In this document: positions 1 to 9,870 of the stretch, in pieces
How positions within the stretch are numbered: the stretch's first letter is position 1
Layout: each line of letters starts with the position of its first letter
From: Pseudomonadota bacterium
GTDB lineage: Bacteria; Pseudomonadota; Alphaproteobacteria; RF32; CAG-239
Direction of reading: 5' to 3'
Length of the DNA stretch: 64,000 bases
NCBI GenBank assembly: GCA_918234285.1
Contig: CAKJXZ020000017.1
Location: 1-64,000, forward strand
Notes under the pieces: model-generated
Seen by the model: the letters and a program-made list of their open reading frames with translations, nothing else
What the model was told of the DNA's origin: nothing
The model's database searches: none
Made by a program: the position numbers and the translations under genes

Positions 1-1
1 A

Positions 2-772
2 ATTGATATTGACCAATCGCCAATCGGTAGAACACCTCGTTCCAATCCGGCCACCTATACCGGCGTGTTTACCAATATCCGCGACTGGTTTGCCGAATTG
101 CCTGAAGCTCGGGCGCGCGGCTATACTTCGGGGTATTTTTCATTTAATGTGCCGGGCGGGCGTTGCGAGGCTTGCAAAGGCGACGGTGTGATGAAAATCG
201 AAATGAACTTTTTGCCGGACGTGTATGTTCCGTGCGATGCCTGTCACGGTACGCGCTATAATCGCGAAACCCTTGAGGTTAAATTCAAGGATAAATCCAT
301 CGCCGATGTTTTAGATATGACCATTGACGAAGCGTATAAGTTTTTTGAGAATATTCCGCCGATTAAACGTCGTTTGGATTTATTGCGCCGTGTGGGTTTG
401 GGATATGTCAAACTCGGCCAACCGGCACCGACTCTTTCCGGCGGCGAGGCGCAACGTATTAAGCTCTCTAAAGAGTTAAGCAAAAAAGCCACCGGCAAAA
501 CGCTGTATATTTTAGACGAGCCGACAACCGGATTGCATTTTGAGGATATTAGGCATTTGCTCGATGTGTTGGAAATGCTGGTGGAACAGGGTAATACCGT
601 GGTGGTTATCGAGCATAATCTCGATGTGATAAAAATGGCAGATTACATTGTTGATGTGGGGCCGGAAGGCGGTGACGGCGGCGGTACGATTGTGGCTCAA
701 GGCACACCGGAGGAAGTAGTGAAAAACAAAAAGAGCTTTACCGGTAAATATCTGAAAGGCAAGCTGAAGTGA
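2..772 (+). CDS. uvrA: Excinuclease ABC subunit A, 3' part (5' truncated by window)
   Basis: Frame open from position 2: [38 protein letters not shown] zinc finger, [11 protein letters not shown] signature, [12 protein letters not shown] Walker B. Confidence 0.98.
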   Translation: MDIDQSPIGRTPRSNPATYTGVFTNIRDWFAELPEARARGYTSGYFSFNVPGGRCEACKGDGVMKIEMNFLPDVYVPCDACHGTRYNRETLEVKFKDKSIADVLDMTIDEAYKFFENIPPIKRRLDLLRRVGLGYVKLGQPAPTLSGGEAQRIKLSKELSKKATGKTLYILDEPTTGLHFEDIRHLLDVLEMLVEQGNTVVVIEHNLDVIKMADYIVDVGPEGGDGGGTIVAQGTPEEVVKNKKSFTGKYLKGKLK

Positions 773-1353
773 GTGTGGAATTTGATATAGTACCGCCAAA
801 TTTTTCCGGCAGATTCTTACTGCTTTCGTGCTGTGCGCCTTGCTCCTGTGCCGTGATTAAAACGCTGGCCGAACAAAAAAAAGATTTTGCGGTGGTGTTC
901 TATAATCCGAACATTCGCCCGTATGCCGAATATGTTAAGCGTCGCGATGAAAATGAGCGTGTGTGCAAAATGTATGGCATTGATTTTATTGAACTGGAGT
1001 ATGATAATGAGCGTTGGTGTGAACTCACTCGCGGCTTGGAAAATGAACCGGAACGCGGCAGACGTTGCTCGATTTGCTTTAATATGCGGCTCAAAAGGGT
1101 AATGGAATTTGCCCGTGAACATGGTTTTACGGCGGTAGCATCGGTATTGGGTGTGTCGCGCTGGAAAAATCTGGCGCAGGTTAATGAAACTGCGTATCAG
1201 GCAAGCGCCGCAACCGGTGTACCGTATGTGGAGATTGAAGGGCGCAAACACGGTATGCAGGAATTGCGTGCCGCGCTTATCAAAGAATTGAATTTATATA
1301 ATCAAATTTATTGCGGGTGCAAGCCGCTTTGCAAAGACGAAACAAAATCTTAA
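769..1353 (+). CDS. queH: Epoxyqueuosine reductase QueH (DUF208 family)
   Basis: [26 protein letters not shown] and C-terminal LYNQxYCGC motifs; GTG start overlaps the uvrA TGA. Confidence 0.9.
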   Translation: MSVEFDIVPPNFSGRFLLLSCCAPCSCAVIKTLAEQKKDFAVVFYNPNIRPYAEYVKRRDENERVCKMYGIDFIELEYDNERWCELTRGLENEPERGRRCSICFNMRLKRVMEFAREHGFTAVASVLGVSRWKNLAQVNETAYQASAATGVPYVEIEGRKHGMQELRAALIKELNLYNQIYCGCKPLCKDETKS

Positions 1354-1356
1354 TCG

Positions 1357-2427
1357 CTAATTATTCTGATTTGATCTTTTTCTAATCTCGGTAAGAACTT
1401 TATCAAGCGGATTCGGCTTCGGTTTCTGCTTACCTAAGGCATTCAATAACCTTGAAATTTTGCCGGAATCTGCATGCATTACCCCCGATACAGCGTTTGA
1501 TTGATTCGGCCGTGTATGGTATGCGGTAGGTTGTTTGATTATTTTTTGACGCAAATCCGGTATTTGTTTTTGCTCAATCTTGGCTCCCTTCGGATACCGT
1601 GGAGGCTTTGTGTTGATAGGGTTAATCGGTTCGTTTTTAACTGCTGTGTTGTAAGCTTTGTATTCTATATCCTCATCTTCGCGTTCAAAATAGTCGGCAT
1701 CAATAATATCCGCATTGACCGAGTAAAATTCCTTTCTTCCTTGCTTTCTCACTTGGGCTACTTTTTGGTCCAGTAACTCTTTTCCTTTTGGCGGAATTTC
1801 CACATCCTCTTTCATATACTGGCTAAAGTCTACTCCGCCGATATTACCGTAAGCAACTTTTTTGGCTCTCGCGTAATTCTGATCATAATATGCGGCATGC
1901 TTGTTGTCTAACTCACATAAATACGCGGCATTAGTGGAATTACTTTCGAGATAACTGTTGGCACACTTCTTCATCCACATATCTTTGGTGCCGTTGGCAA
2001 TTAAACTCATCTCCTTATCAAAGTCTTCTTTATATTTGCTTTTCGGATTTATTTCTCCGTTTAGGATTGCCTCTTTATAAAACTTAAATCGCGGTTCGGC
2101 ATCAAAAACATTGATATCTCCGGTTTTCAAATATTCTTCACGCAAGGAAATCAAAGCGGCAATATTGGCCGAAATTTCGTCATGCATCTTGACTTTATAA
2201 GCCTGCTCCGGACTGAGGGCATAAGCCTGTATACCTTCCAACTGATTATCTTTATGCTTCATTTCATGACAAGCCGTAGGAATATCATGACTTTCTTTAT
2301 TAAATTGAGGGTTATTAAGCTTATGATTTACCGTAAAAGAATTATTTTTTCGGCTGTAAAATGCAGCAACATTGCACGATTCATCGACAATCACGTGCTG
2401 ATATTCAAATGTACGGGTTGCAGTCAT
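1357..2427 (-). CDS. Hypothetical protein with zincin-like HExxH motif
   Basis: 356-aa ORF; HEMKH followed about 25 aa later by DEISANIAA; basic C-terminal tail; GGAG SD upstream. Confidence 0.7.
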   Translation of the reverse strand: MTATRTFEYQHVIVDESCNVAAFYSRKNNSFTVNHKLNNPQFNKESHDIPTACHEMKHKDNQLEGIQAYALSPEQAYKVKMHDEISANIAALISLREEYLKTGDINVFDAEPRFKFYKEAILNGEINPKSKYKEDFDKEMSLIANGTKDMWMKKCANSYLESNSTNAAYLCELDNKHAAYYDQNYARAKKVAYGNIGGVDFSQYMKEDVEIPPKGKELLDQKVAQVRKQGRKEFYSVNADIIDADYFEREDEDIEYKAYNTAVKNEPINPINTKPPRYPKGAKIEQKQIPDLRQKIIKQPTAYHTRPNQSNAVSGVMHADSGKISRLLNALGKQKPKPNPLDKVLTEIRKRSNQNN

Positions 2428-2602
2428 AACATTTCTCCGATGCCGTTTAACTATATATTCAGATTAGCGTTTTTCGCTATTTGTTGCAAGCAATTTTTTT
2501 CTGACGGGTCAAAATTTAACATTTTTGCAACAAACTCTTGCCATTAAAAAGTTTTAGCTATATTAATTCTGATATCGGCAAAAGATAAAGGAGGAAAAAT
2601 AA

Positions 2603-3583
2603 ATGCAAAAAATAATTCCGCAAAAACTGCAAAAAGGCGATAAAATTATGGTAGTAGCCCCTTCGTGCGGCTTAAAAATGATTAGTCAAGACTGTCGTCA
2701 AACTGCAATCAAACGATTTAACGATATGGGATTGACCGTAGAATTTGCCCCGAATACCAATGACGAAAATTGGAATATACAAAGCACCGGTTCGGTTGAA
2801 CAGCGTGTTGCCGATATTATGACCGCGTTCAAAGATAAATCGGTTAAGGCGATTTTTACGGTTATCGGCGGTTTTAACAGTAACCAAATTTTGGCCCATT
2901 TGGATTATGACGTAATCAGAGAAAACCCGAAATTTATCTGCGGCTTTTCCGATATCACCGCCGTGCTTGAAGCCATTACCGCCCGCACCGGATTGCAAAC
3001 CTATTACGGACCGCATTTCAGCTCCATCGGTATGAAAAAGGGCTGTGAATATACGCTCGACTATTTACAAAAAATGCTGTTTGCCGATGCTCCGGCAGAA
3101 GTTAAATCGTCGGCAGAGTGGAGTGACGATAAATGGTTTATCGACCAAGAAAACCGCGAATTTATCAAAAACGAGGGCTTTTGGAATATCCATAACGGCA
3201 GTGCCAAAGGTACGATTGTCGGAGGTAATTTGTGCACGTTTAATCTGCTGTTGGGTACACCGTATTATCCGCAATTCACAAAGGATACGATTTTGATGAT
3301 TGAAGACGATGCCGAAAGTTATCCGGAAGCGTTTGACCGCAACTTGCAGGCACTTTGTCATCAAACCGACTTTAAAAACGTTAAGGGCTTGGTTATCGGG
3401 CGTTTTCAAAAGGGTTCGAAAATGTCGCGTGAAATGCTGGAATTTATTATCAACAACAAGTCGGAATTAAAAGATATTCCGGTGCTGGCCAATGTTGATT
3501 ACGGCCATACAACACCGATTATCACCATTCCGTTCGGCGGTACCGCCACTATGGAAAACGGTAAATTAAGTATAGAAAAATAA
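2603..3583 (+). CDS. S66 family LD-carboxypeptidase / MccF-like peptidase
   Basis: VVAPS, IGGFNSNQIL, GFSDIT (catalytic Ser), GGNL, IE(D), DYGHTTP (catalytic His); AAGGAGG SD. Confidence 0.92.
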   Translation: MQKIIPQKLQKGDKIMVVAPSCGLKMISQDCRQTAIKRFNDMGLTVEFAPNTNDENWNIQSTGSVEQRVADIMTAFKDKSVKAIFTVIGGFNSNQILAHLDYDVIRENPKFICGFSDITAVLEAITARTGLQTYYGPHFSSIGMKKGCEYTLDYLQKMLFADAPAEVKSSAEWSDDKWFIDQENREFIKNEGFWNIHNGSAKGTIVGGNLCTFNLLLGTPYYPQFTKDTILMIEDDAESYPEAFDRNLQALCHQTDFKNVKGLVIGRFQKGSKMSREMLEFIINNKSELKDIPVLANVDYGHTTPIITIPFGGTATMENGKLSIEK

Positions 3584-3590
3584 ATAAAAT

Positions 3591-3617
3591 ACCGCGCCAC
3601 CTTGCTGATGGCGCGGT
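3591..3617. terminator. Probable bidirectional intrinsic terminator
   Basis: ACCGCGCCA-N9-TGGCGCGGT perfect 9-bp stem between convergent genes, T-rich flanks on both strands. Confidence 0.75.
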
Positions 3618-3648
3618 TTCTCCCTGTTTATGTGTTTAAGATCGGCGG

Positions 3649-4641
3649 TTATTTGTGGCCGCTTATAAGGTACGAGCGCGCCAAGTTTGTTGCTACCGTC
3701 AAGTTTACACTCGGGTTCTGGCCGTGCGGTTTGCTACACTCTACCGAGAACTGCATACCGCCACTGCCGATACCGGCGCGTACCGATAAGTCACGATCTT
3801 GCGTAATTACCGATTCGGCAACCGTTTTCCAGCCGCGACGCAAATCGTACCAAGCGCGGGCGCCCAAATTGCCGCAATGCTGTCTGGCATCATAATGGCC
3901 GAAGATTTTGGCGCCGTATGCTTTACTGCGAATACCGATGGAACTGAGTAATTGGCGATGTTCACTACCGGCACGTACCGCGGCGGTCATATCCAGTTTT
4001 ACACCGCTTTTTTCCAAGAGGGTCAAACCGCACTTGGCCCAAAAGTCGGCCTTTTTCGGATTCGGTATAACATAGAAACCGTCACCGACGCTGCCTATCA
4101 TACCGAGCTCGACAAACTGTCCGCCTTTTTCGTAACCGAAGACGATACGGTCGCTGGCATTACCGAAACGGCCGATATCATAAGCGTCGGCATAGTATGA
4201 GAGCGGATTATCGAATACGGCTCCGGCTTCGGTGGCGGTACGACCGGCTTTGAAAGTGATTACGGCTCCGTTGCCGAGCTGTTTACCCAGTTCGGCCATA
4301 AATTTAATGGTCAAAGAGGTAAAGGCTTCATTGTTATAAATAATGCCTTCTTGGCCGGAAAGCTGAGCATAGTCACCGCGGCTGTTTTCAGCTTTCGCCG
4401 AAAATGACGGGGCAAAGTCGTTATAAAAGGTGGTTTTTCCTTCTTCTACGGTCAAGCCCGCAACATTGGCCGCGTCGAGCGTTAAGGTCATGCGGTCCGG
4501 ATTGTCATCGGAATTTGGCTGCGTTGTCTGTTGCTCTTGCGCAACCGCCGCCGTGGCCGTCAACAACAGAGTGTTGATTACAAAGTTACGAACATTAAAA
4601 AGTTGAAAATCATTGTTTTTTAAGTTTAAAGTATCAGTCAT
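3649..4641 (-). CDS. Exported, probably beta-rich outer-membrane/surface protein, paralog 1
   Basis: Start moved to ATG 4641 (AGGAG SD); LLLTATAAVA-QEQ signal-like segment; amphipathic beta-strand pattern; clearly homologous to 4676..5671. Confidence 0.7.
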   Translation of the reverse strand: MTDTLNLKNNDFQLFNVRNFVINTLLLTATAAVAQEQQTTQPNSDDNPDRMTLTLDAANVAGLTVEEGKTTFYNDFAPSFSAKAENSRGDYAQLSGQEGIIYNNEAFTSLTIKFMAELGKQLGNGAVITFKAGRTATEAGAVFDNPLSYYADAYDIGRFGNASDRIVFGYEKGGQFVELGMIGSVGDGFYVIPNPKKADFWAKCGLTLLEKSGVKLDMTAAVRAGSEHRQLLSSIGIRSKAYGAKIFGHYDARQHCGNLGARAWYDLRRGWKTVAESVITQDRDLSVRAGIGSGGMQFSVECSKPHGQNPSVNLTVATNLARSYLISGHK

Positions 4642-4675
4642 TTTTTTTCTCCTATATTGATAAAATTGCAATAAG

Positions 4676-5671
4676 TTATTTGGCACCGCATACGGTACGC
4701 GAACGTGCCAGATTGGCCGCAACGGTAAAATTAAAGTAATTCGACCGATTTTTCGGTTTGCCGCATTCCACGGAAAATTGTATATTGCCTTTGTCGGCTC
4801 CGCCGCGAATGTATAGGTCGCGATTTTGATTGAATACCGTTTCGGCAATTATGTGCCAACCACGCTGAAAATCTTTCCATGCGCGTAGGCCGATGTTACC
4901 TTTTTTCTCGGCAAAATCGTAGTTACCCAAAAATCCGGCACCGAAACCGGAACGCTCGGATATGCCGATGGAACTCAGTAGCTGTTTATGCTTACTGCCA
5001 AAGCGCATCGCTCCGCTCATGTTGAGTTTGACGCCGCTCTTGGCTAAAAGAACCAAACCGCTTTTAGCCCAAAAATCGGCATATTTCGGATTCGGTATGA
5101 CGAAAAATCCGTCGCCGTTTTTGCCGATAATACCAAGTTCGATGAATTTATGGTCTTTCTGATATCCGAAAACCAATCTTTCCGCGCTGTTAGCCATTTG
5201 ATATGCATCGCGGGAGTCGGCATAATATTCGAGGGCGTGGTCAAACAGGGCCGCACCTTCGGTTTTTTCGCGGCCGGCCTTGAAAACGACAGTGCCGCCG
5301 TTGCCGGTCAGTTTGCCGAGTTCCAACATAAATCTCGAGGTAATAGGGGTGAAGTTTTTATCTTCCAGAATCAAGACTTCCATCGCTTTAAGTTGCGCAT
5401 AATCGCCGCGCCCGTTGCAGGCACGTGCTGTCATATTCGGTCTTAAATCGTTATAGAATACGGTTTTATCTTGTTCTATGGTCAAGGCAGAAATATTTTC
5501 TGCGCCGAGCGTTAAAGTCAGTCTGTCCGAACAGACCTCGGATTTAGTGGTCGGAACCTTTTGTTCCTGTGCAAAAGCCGCAGTAGTTGCGGTTAAAAGC
5601 AAAGTTTTCAATATAAGTTTACATAAGTCAAAATTATTATCCTGCGTACAGGGGTGGGGGTCATCACTCAT
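4676..5671 (-). CDS. Exported, probably beta-rich outer-membrane/surface protein, paralog 2
   Basis: LLLTATTAAFA-QEQ; blocks shared with paralog 1 (FKAGR..TE, GDGF.VIPNPK.ADFWAK.GL.LL.KSGVKL, QFSVEC.KP); GGAGG SD. Confidence 0.75.
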   Translation of the reverse strand: MSDDPHPCTQDNNFDLCKLILKTLLLTATTAAFAQEQKVPTTKSEVCSDRLTLTLGAENISALTIEQDKTVFYNDLRPNMTARACNGRGDYAQLKAMEVLILEDKNFTPITSRFMLELGKLTGNGGTVVFKAGREKTEGAALFDHALEYYADSRDAYQMANSAERLVFGYQKDHKFIELGIIGKNGDGFFVIPNPKYADFWAKSGLVLLAKSGVKLNMSGAMRFGSKHKQLLSSIGISERSGFGAGFLGNYDFAEKKGNIGLRAWKDFQRGWHIIAETVFNQNRDLYIRGGADKGNIQFSVECGKPKNRSNYFNFTVAANLARSRTVCGAK

Positions 5672-6076
5672 TTTTTCCTCCTATATGAATGATAATGTTA
5701 ATCCAAAAAGCATAATTCCTATCTTAATCAGTAATCTGTGGTTATCGGAGTATTGCCGATTTGCCGCGATTTTCAAATATTCGAAAATCTGCGAGTGCAA
5801 ACACCGTATTTATTGATAACCAAGCGCAAGTGTTGCACCGAATTTTTAGGCGCAAGCAGATACGGTCTTAAATCATCGAAAAAAAGTTTTTGATTGTGAT
5901 TAAGATTTTTCGCGGCAATATTTTCCGCACTCAGAATTAAATTTGATGAATTGCAATCATCAGAAAAAATCAGTGAAACGTTTTGTTCCTGAATATGAAC
6001 CGCCGCAGCGGACATTTTAATAAAATTGTGAATGTGGCTCGTCACCTTCATACAGGGGTGGGGGTCATCACTCATT
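5647..6076. repeat. Exact 26-bp direct repeat (5647-5672 and 6051-6076) covering the start codons of paralogs 2 and 3
   Basis: tacaggggtgggggtcatcactcatt occurs at both positions. Confidence 0.9.
5773..6075 (-). pseudogene. Truncated, degenerate third copy of the exported beta-rich protein
   Basis: Starts MSDDPHPC identically to 4676..5671 and retains QEQ, L.LSAENI and F.DDLRP remnants, but stops after 100 aa and has lost the hydrophobic signal core. Confidence 0.65.
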
Positions 6077-6107
6077 ATTTGCCTCCATAGTTGTTAATGA
6101 CAAGTTC

Positions 6108-6136
6108 AGTATAGCTTATTTTTTCAAATTTGTCAA
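6108..6136 (-). promoter_or_regulatory. Sigma70-type promoter for the paralog array
   Basis: Minus strand TTGACA-17 bp-TATACT upstream of 6075. Confidence 0.7.
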
Positions 6137-6231
6137 TATATATCCGAAAAAAAAGCATTTTTGTCCCTTAATTTAAGCGCAATTTTATGAGCCGAAACAA
6201 AGGGTTGCTGACAATAAAAAAGGTGTGAATA

Positions 6232-8187
6232 TCAGCTTAGCTGAGTTTTATAAAGTGCGGCATATTCGCCGTTTTGAGCGAGCAATTCTTCATGCGTGCC
6301 ACGCTCAACGATTTCTCCGTCGTTAATCACGGCAATACAATCAGCATTGCGTACGGTGGAAAGTCGGTGCGCGATAACCAGCACCGTGCGGTCTTTCATT
6401 AAGTTATCAATGGCCTGTTGCACGATTTTTTCCGATTTGTTGTCAAGCGCAGAGGTTGCCTCGTCCAAAATCAGAATCGGTGCATTTTTAACAAATGCGC
6501 GGGCAATGGCGATTCGCTGTTTTTGCCCACCCGAAACCAAAACACCGCGCTCGCCGATTTCGGTATCCAATCCTTTATCCAGAGAGTCGATAAATTCTTC
6601 CAAGCAAGCCGCTTTAATCACTTCACGCAAGCGTTCTTCCGATATATCGGTACGGCCGAGCAGAATATTTTCTCTGATGGTGCCGCCGAACAGGAAATTA
6701 TCTTGAAAAACAATGGCAATATTGTCGCGCAAATCCCGTAAGCTGATTTTTCTGATGTCGGTACCATCAATGGTTATAGCGCCGCCGGTAACGTCATAAA
6801 AACGCGGTAACAAAACCGAAATAGTAGATTTTCCGCCGCCGGAATTGCCGACCAAGGCTATGGTTTGACCGGCTTTTATACCTAAGTTTATGTGCTTTAG
6901 CACCGGTTTGTTCGGAACATAGGCAAAAGAAACATCTTTATAATCAATATTACCGCGACAAGAAGGTAATGCCGCGGCATTTTCGGTATTGGTAATGTTA
7001 TCCTTACTGTTCATTTGCTCGGCGATTCTGTCGACGGCCATTAACGACATAATGATACCGCTGGCATTGTTGCCGATTGATTTGAGCGGGTTATAGAGCA
7101 TCACGAGCGAAGTTACAAACGAGGCAAAGTTACCGACGGTAATTTGTTGCGAAACAATCAAATAGCTTCCGTACCAAATCACAAAAGCAATACCGAAAGA
7201 AGAAATGGTATGCATAATCGGCGAAATGGAGCCTGTTTTGCGTTGTATTTGCAAAGAGAGGTCAAACATATCATTTACGCTGTTGGCAAATTTGCGTTTG
7301 CAATAATCAAACAAATTATATGCGGTAATAATTCGGTTTCCGCTGAATACTTCGTTGTAGTCTTTCAAAACCGTAGCCATTATATTTGCATCCTTGGCAA
7401 CAACGGAGAACATACGCTTTTTTACTCTGGTCAACGGCAGTAAGGCACCAAACAAAACAACGGTTGCAACCAGAGCCAACTTCCAGGAATTGTAGAACAA
7501 TACGGCCAACAGCGAAAGCGACGAAAAGAAGCGGGTTGAAAACAGGCGGATACTGTTTAACAGGCCGGCACAGGCAGTTTCCGCATCATTATGAAAACGA
7601 AACAGAATATAACCGGAGTCATTCTTATCAAAAAACGCGGTATCATGACGAATGAGCCGATTGAACAGCTGTCGTTTTAAATCGGTGGATATTTTGTTAC
7701 CCACCCAAGCATTCAGATAGGTGGCTAAATAAGTGAAAAGAGCCTGCAGAATACTGAAAACGATAATCATCAGCGGAATATACATAGTCCAACCGGTTTG
7801 TTTTTCAATCAAGACAACATCCATAAACGGTTTGAGCGACCAGGCAATAACTGCGTCCATTGCTCCGACCGGAATGGTGATGATAATGGAAAGAACCGCT
7901 CTGATCCAATAAGGCTTAACAAACGGCAGAATAAACATATAGCTTTTGAAGGCTTTAATTTTTGATAAGCGTTCTCTAATTTTTGCGCGCTTTTTATAGA
8001 TATATACCAAAACACTCCACAATACAACGTAAGGAATGCAAAATAACAGCAACATTTTCGTATTGATGTTTTCCGGGACTATTTCCGGCGGAAAGGTCAG
8101 GGGAGCCGAGTACCATAACGTATGTCCGGCCAGTAATATTGCGGCTAACCCGATAACGAATACTATAAATAATCCCAACGCTTTCAT
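6232..8187 (-). CDS. msbA: MsbA-like ABC exporter (fused TMD + NBD)
   Basis: Six-TM ABC membrane domain, GNSGGGKST Walker A, VSGGQKQRIAIARA signature, ILDEATSALD; lipid A flippase identity not proven. Confidence 0.75.
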   Translation of the reverse strand: MKALGLFIVFVIGLAAILLAGHTLWYSAPLTFPPEIVPENINTKMLLLFCIPYVVLWSVLVYIYKKRAKIRERLSKIKAFKSYMFILPFVKPYWIRAVLSIIITIPVGAMDAVIAWSLKPFMDVVLIEKQTGWTMYIPLMIIVFSILQALFTYLATYLNAWVGNKISTDLKRQLFNRLIRHDTAFFDKNDSGYILFRFHNDAETACAGLLNSIRLFSTRFFSSLSLLAVLFYNSWKLALVATVVLFGALLPLTRVKKRMFSVVAKDANIMATVLKDYNEVFSGNRIITAYNLFDYCKRKFANSVNDMFDLSLQIQRKTGSISPIMHTISSFGIAFVIWYGSYLIVSQQITVGNFASFVTSLVMLYNPLKSIGNNASGIIMSLMAVDRIAEQMNSKDNITNTENAAALPSCRGNIDYKDVSFAYVPNKPVLKHINLGIKAGQTIALVGNSGGGKSTISVLLPRFYDVTGGAITIDGTDIRKISLRDLRDNIAIVFQDNFLFGGTIRENILLGRTDISEERLREVIKAACLEEFIDSLDKGLDTEIGERGVLVSGGQKQRIAIARAFVKNAPILILDEATSALDNKSEKIVQQAIDNLMKDRTVLVIAHRLSTVRNADCIAVINDGEIVERGTHEELLAQNGEYAALYKTQLS

Positions 8188-8291
8188 TTTATATTTTCTG
8201 CCCTGTGAGGTATTGTTGCATAATTTATGACATGCAATATAAAATATTTTTTACGCTCTGACAATAAGAATATGAATTTTTTGCTTTTTGA

Positions 8292-8320
8292 TGGACATTT
8301 TACAAAATACAACCTATAAT
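8292..8320 (+). promoter_or_regulatory. Sigma70-type promoter for the PilT-like ATPase
   Basis: TGGACA-17 bp-TATAAT, followed by AAGGAGG SD. Confidence 0.7.
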
Positions 8321-8343
8321 CCAAACAAAATAAGGAGGAAAAT

Positions 8344-9315
8344 ATGAGTCGTATAAATGATGAGTTTTATTCAGATATATATATAACGCCGGATAAACAG
8401 GTGTTTGTGCCGGACACACGTACGGAAAACGGATTGCGGCAGATTCGGCCCACTGACTTTGATGCGTTTTACGACTTATTGGAACGTTCTTTTACCGGTC
8501 GCTCCAGCTATTCCATAACATATGAAGACTTTTTCTTCCGCGTTGAGCGTACGGTTTCTATGTACGGTGTTTTGTTTTGTATGCGTAAAATGCCGAAACA
8601 GGTTCCGGATTTGACTTCGCTCGGATATCCGCCGGCGCTGATTAATTATCTAGCAACACTCGGCAACGCTTCCGGACTGATTTTGCTCGGCGGTGCCACC
8701 GGTTCGGGTAAAACCACGACCGTATCCAGCCTGTTGCGTGAATATTTAATCAGAAACGGCGGTTTTGCTTATACCATCGAAGACCCGTTTGAAATGCCGC
8801 TTGACGGCGAATATCGCGCCATGAACGGCTCGGTGGGAATGTGCAAACAAACCCAGCCGATTAATGATGACTGGGGTGCATCTTTACGTTCTGCATTGCG
8901 TTCGCGTCCGCGCTATATTCTGGTGGGCGAGATTCGTACTCCGGCGACAGCCAGTGAATGTCTGCGTGCCGCCACTTCCGGCCACTTGGTATTATCCACC
9001 ATTCACGCCAACAACGTTGCTGATGCCATCGATGCCATAGTTAAGCATGCTTCCGCCGGCGAAATGAGTGAGGAATTGGCTTTCGACTTGCTTTCGCGCG
9101 GTATTTTGGGGGTTATCCATCAACAATTAATCGGTACCAGTAAAAAGCGGCCGGTGGTGCAATTCCTGTTTGCCAACCCGGTTACGACACAAGGTGACCA
9201 AACACGTAACATTATCAAAACCGGAAAAATCAACCTGGCCACCACCATCGAAATGCAGATGACGCGCATGAGCCAAGGTCGTCCGCTGTTCGATGTGCCG
9301 GAAGATAAAAAATAA
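8344..9315 (+). CDS. PilT/BfpF/DotB-like secretion-superfamily ATPase (probable retraction ATPase)
   Basis: GATGSGKTT, TIEDPFE, SALRSRPRYILVGEIR, SGHLVLSTIHA; short, no tetracysteine motif. Confidence 0.85.
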   Translation: MSRINDEFYSDIYITPDKQVFVPDTRTENGLRQIRPTDFDAFYDLLERSFTGRSSYSITYEDFFFRVERTVSMYGVLFCMRKMPKQVPDLTSLGYPPALINYLATLGNASGLILLGGATGSGKTTTVSSLLREYLIRNGGFAYTIEDPFEMPLDGEYRAMNGSVGMCKQTQPINDDWGASLRSALRSRPRYILVGEIRTPATASECLRAATSGHLVLSTIHANNVADAIDAIVKHASAGEMSEELAFDLLSRGILGVIHQQLIGTSKKRPVVQFLFANPVTTQGDQTRNIIKTGKINLATTIEMQMTRMSQGRPLFDVPEDKK

Positions 9316-9321
9316 GGCGTT

Positions 9322-9870
9322 TTATTGAAAAGTCCAAATAACCGTATTGCCGTCAGGGGTGCAAATGCGGCGGGTAGCATAGCGGTCTATCGGTAGCGGA
9401 TGATTTTCATCACCCCATACAAATTCGGTGCTTCCCTCGTCGTTGATAACGGTGATTTTCTGCAGGCTCAGTTGTTGCTTTTTGCTTACGGATAACTCAC
9501 TCAAATTAATGCAGGATGATTTGTTGAGTTTGTTTAAGGCAATATCGAAACTGTTGTCATTCGGCATGGCGGTATCTCCTTTGGCGCCCTGACCGATGTG
9601 CCAAACAAATTTTGCTTGTTCAAGCCCCTTATCAACTAATGAAGCCGCAGTTGCCGTTTCGGTCGACAACTTCCAATAATTCGGCTGGTCACGGTAATAA
9701 TCGCGAATATTATCGGCGGTTTTGAAAATTGCGGTGTGCAAATCTTTGTGCGGATTATGGAATAAAACATAACTGAGAGCGATAACGGCCAGCAACAGAC
9801 ACATGGCAATGGCAACACCGTTAAGGCTTTGCGTGCGGATATTTTTTAAGTTCAAATATATCTTATTCAT
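9322..9870 (-). CDS. Type IVb pilin-like protein (PilS-like head, atypical N-terminus)
   Basis: Basic leader, G then hydrophobic helix; FDIALNKLNKSSCINLS and a second Cys near C-terminal ICT..GNTVIWTF resemble T4b pilin heads; last gene of the pil operon. Confidence 0.6.
   Translation of the reverse strand: MNKIYLNLKNIRTQSLNGVAIAMCLLLAVIALSYVLFHNPHKDLHTAIFKTADNIRDYYRDQPNYWKLSTETATAASLVDKGLEQAKFVWHIGQGAKGDTAMPNDNSFDIALNKLNKSSCINLSELSVSKKQQLSLQKITVINDEGSTEFVWGDENHPLPIDRYATRRICTPDGNTVIWTFQ

Noticed and set aside
3649-4848. Longer starts given by the ORF track (4848, 14660, 17541, 20739, 28124, 56268)
   Set aside because: Extensions overlap neighbouring genes or hairpins; downstream ATGs have clear SD sequences and, for the exported proteins, restore signal peptides
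7960-8187. Extra two N-terminal TM segments on the MsbA-like exporter as a novelty
   Set aside because: Real but uninformative without homolog comparison; no functional motif
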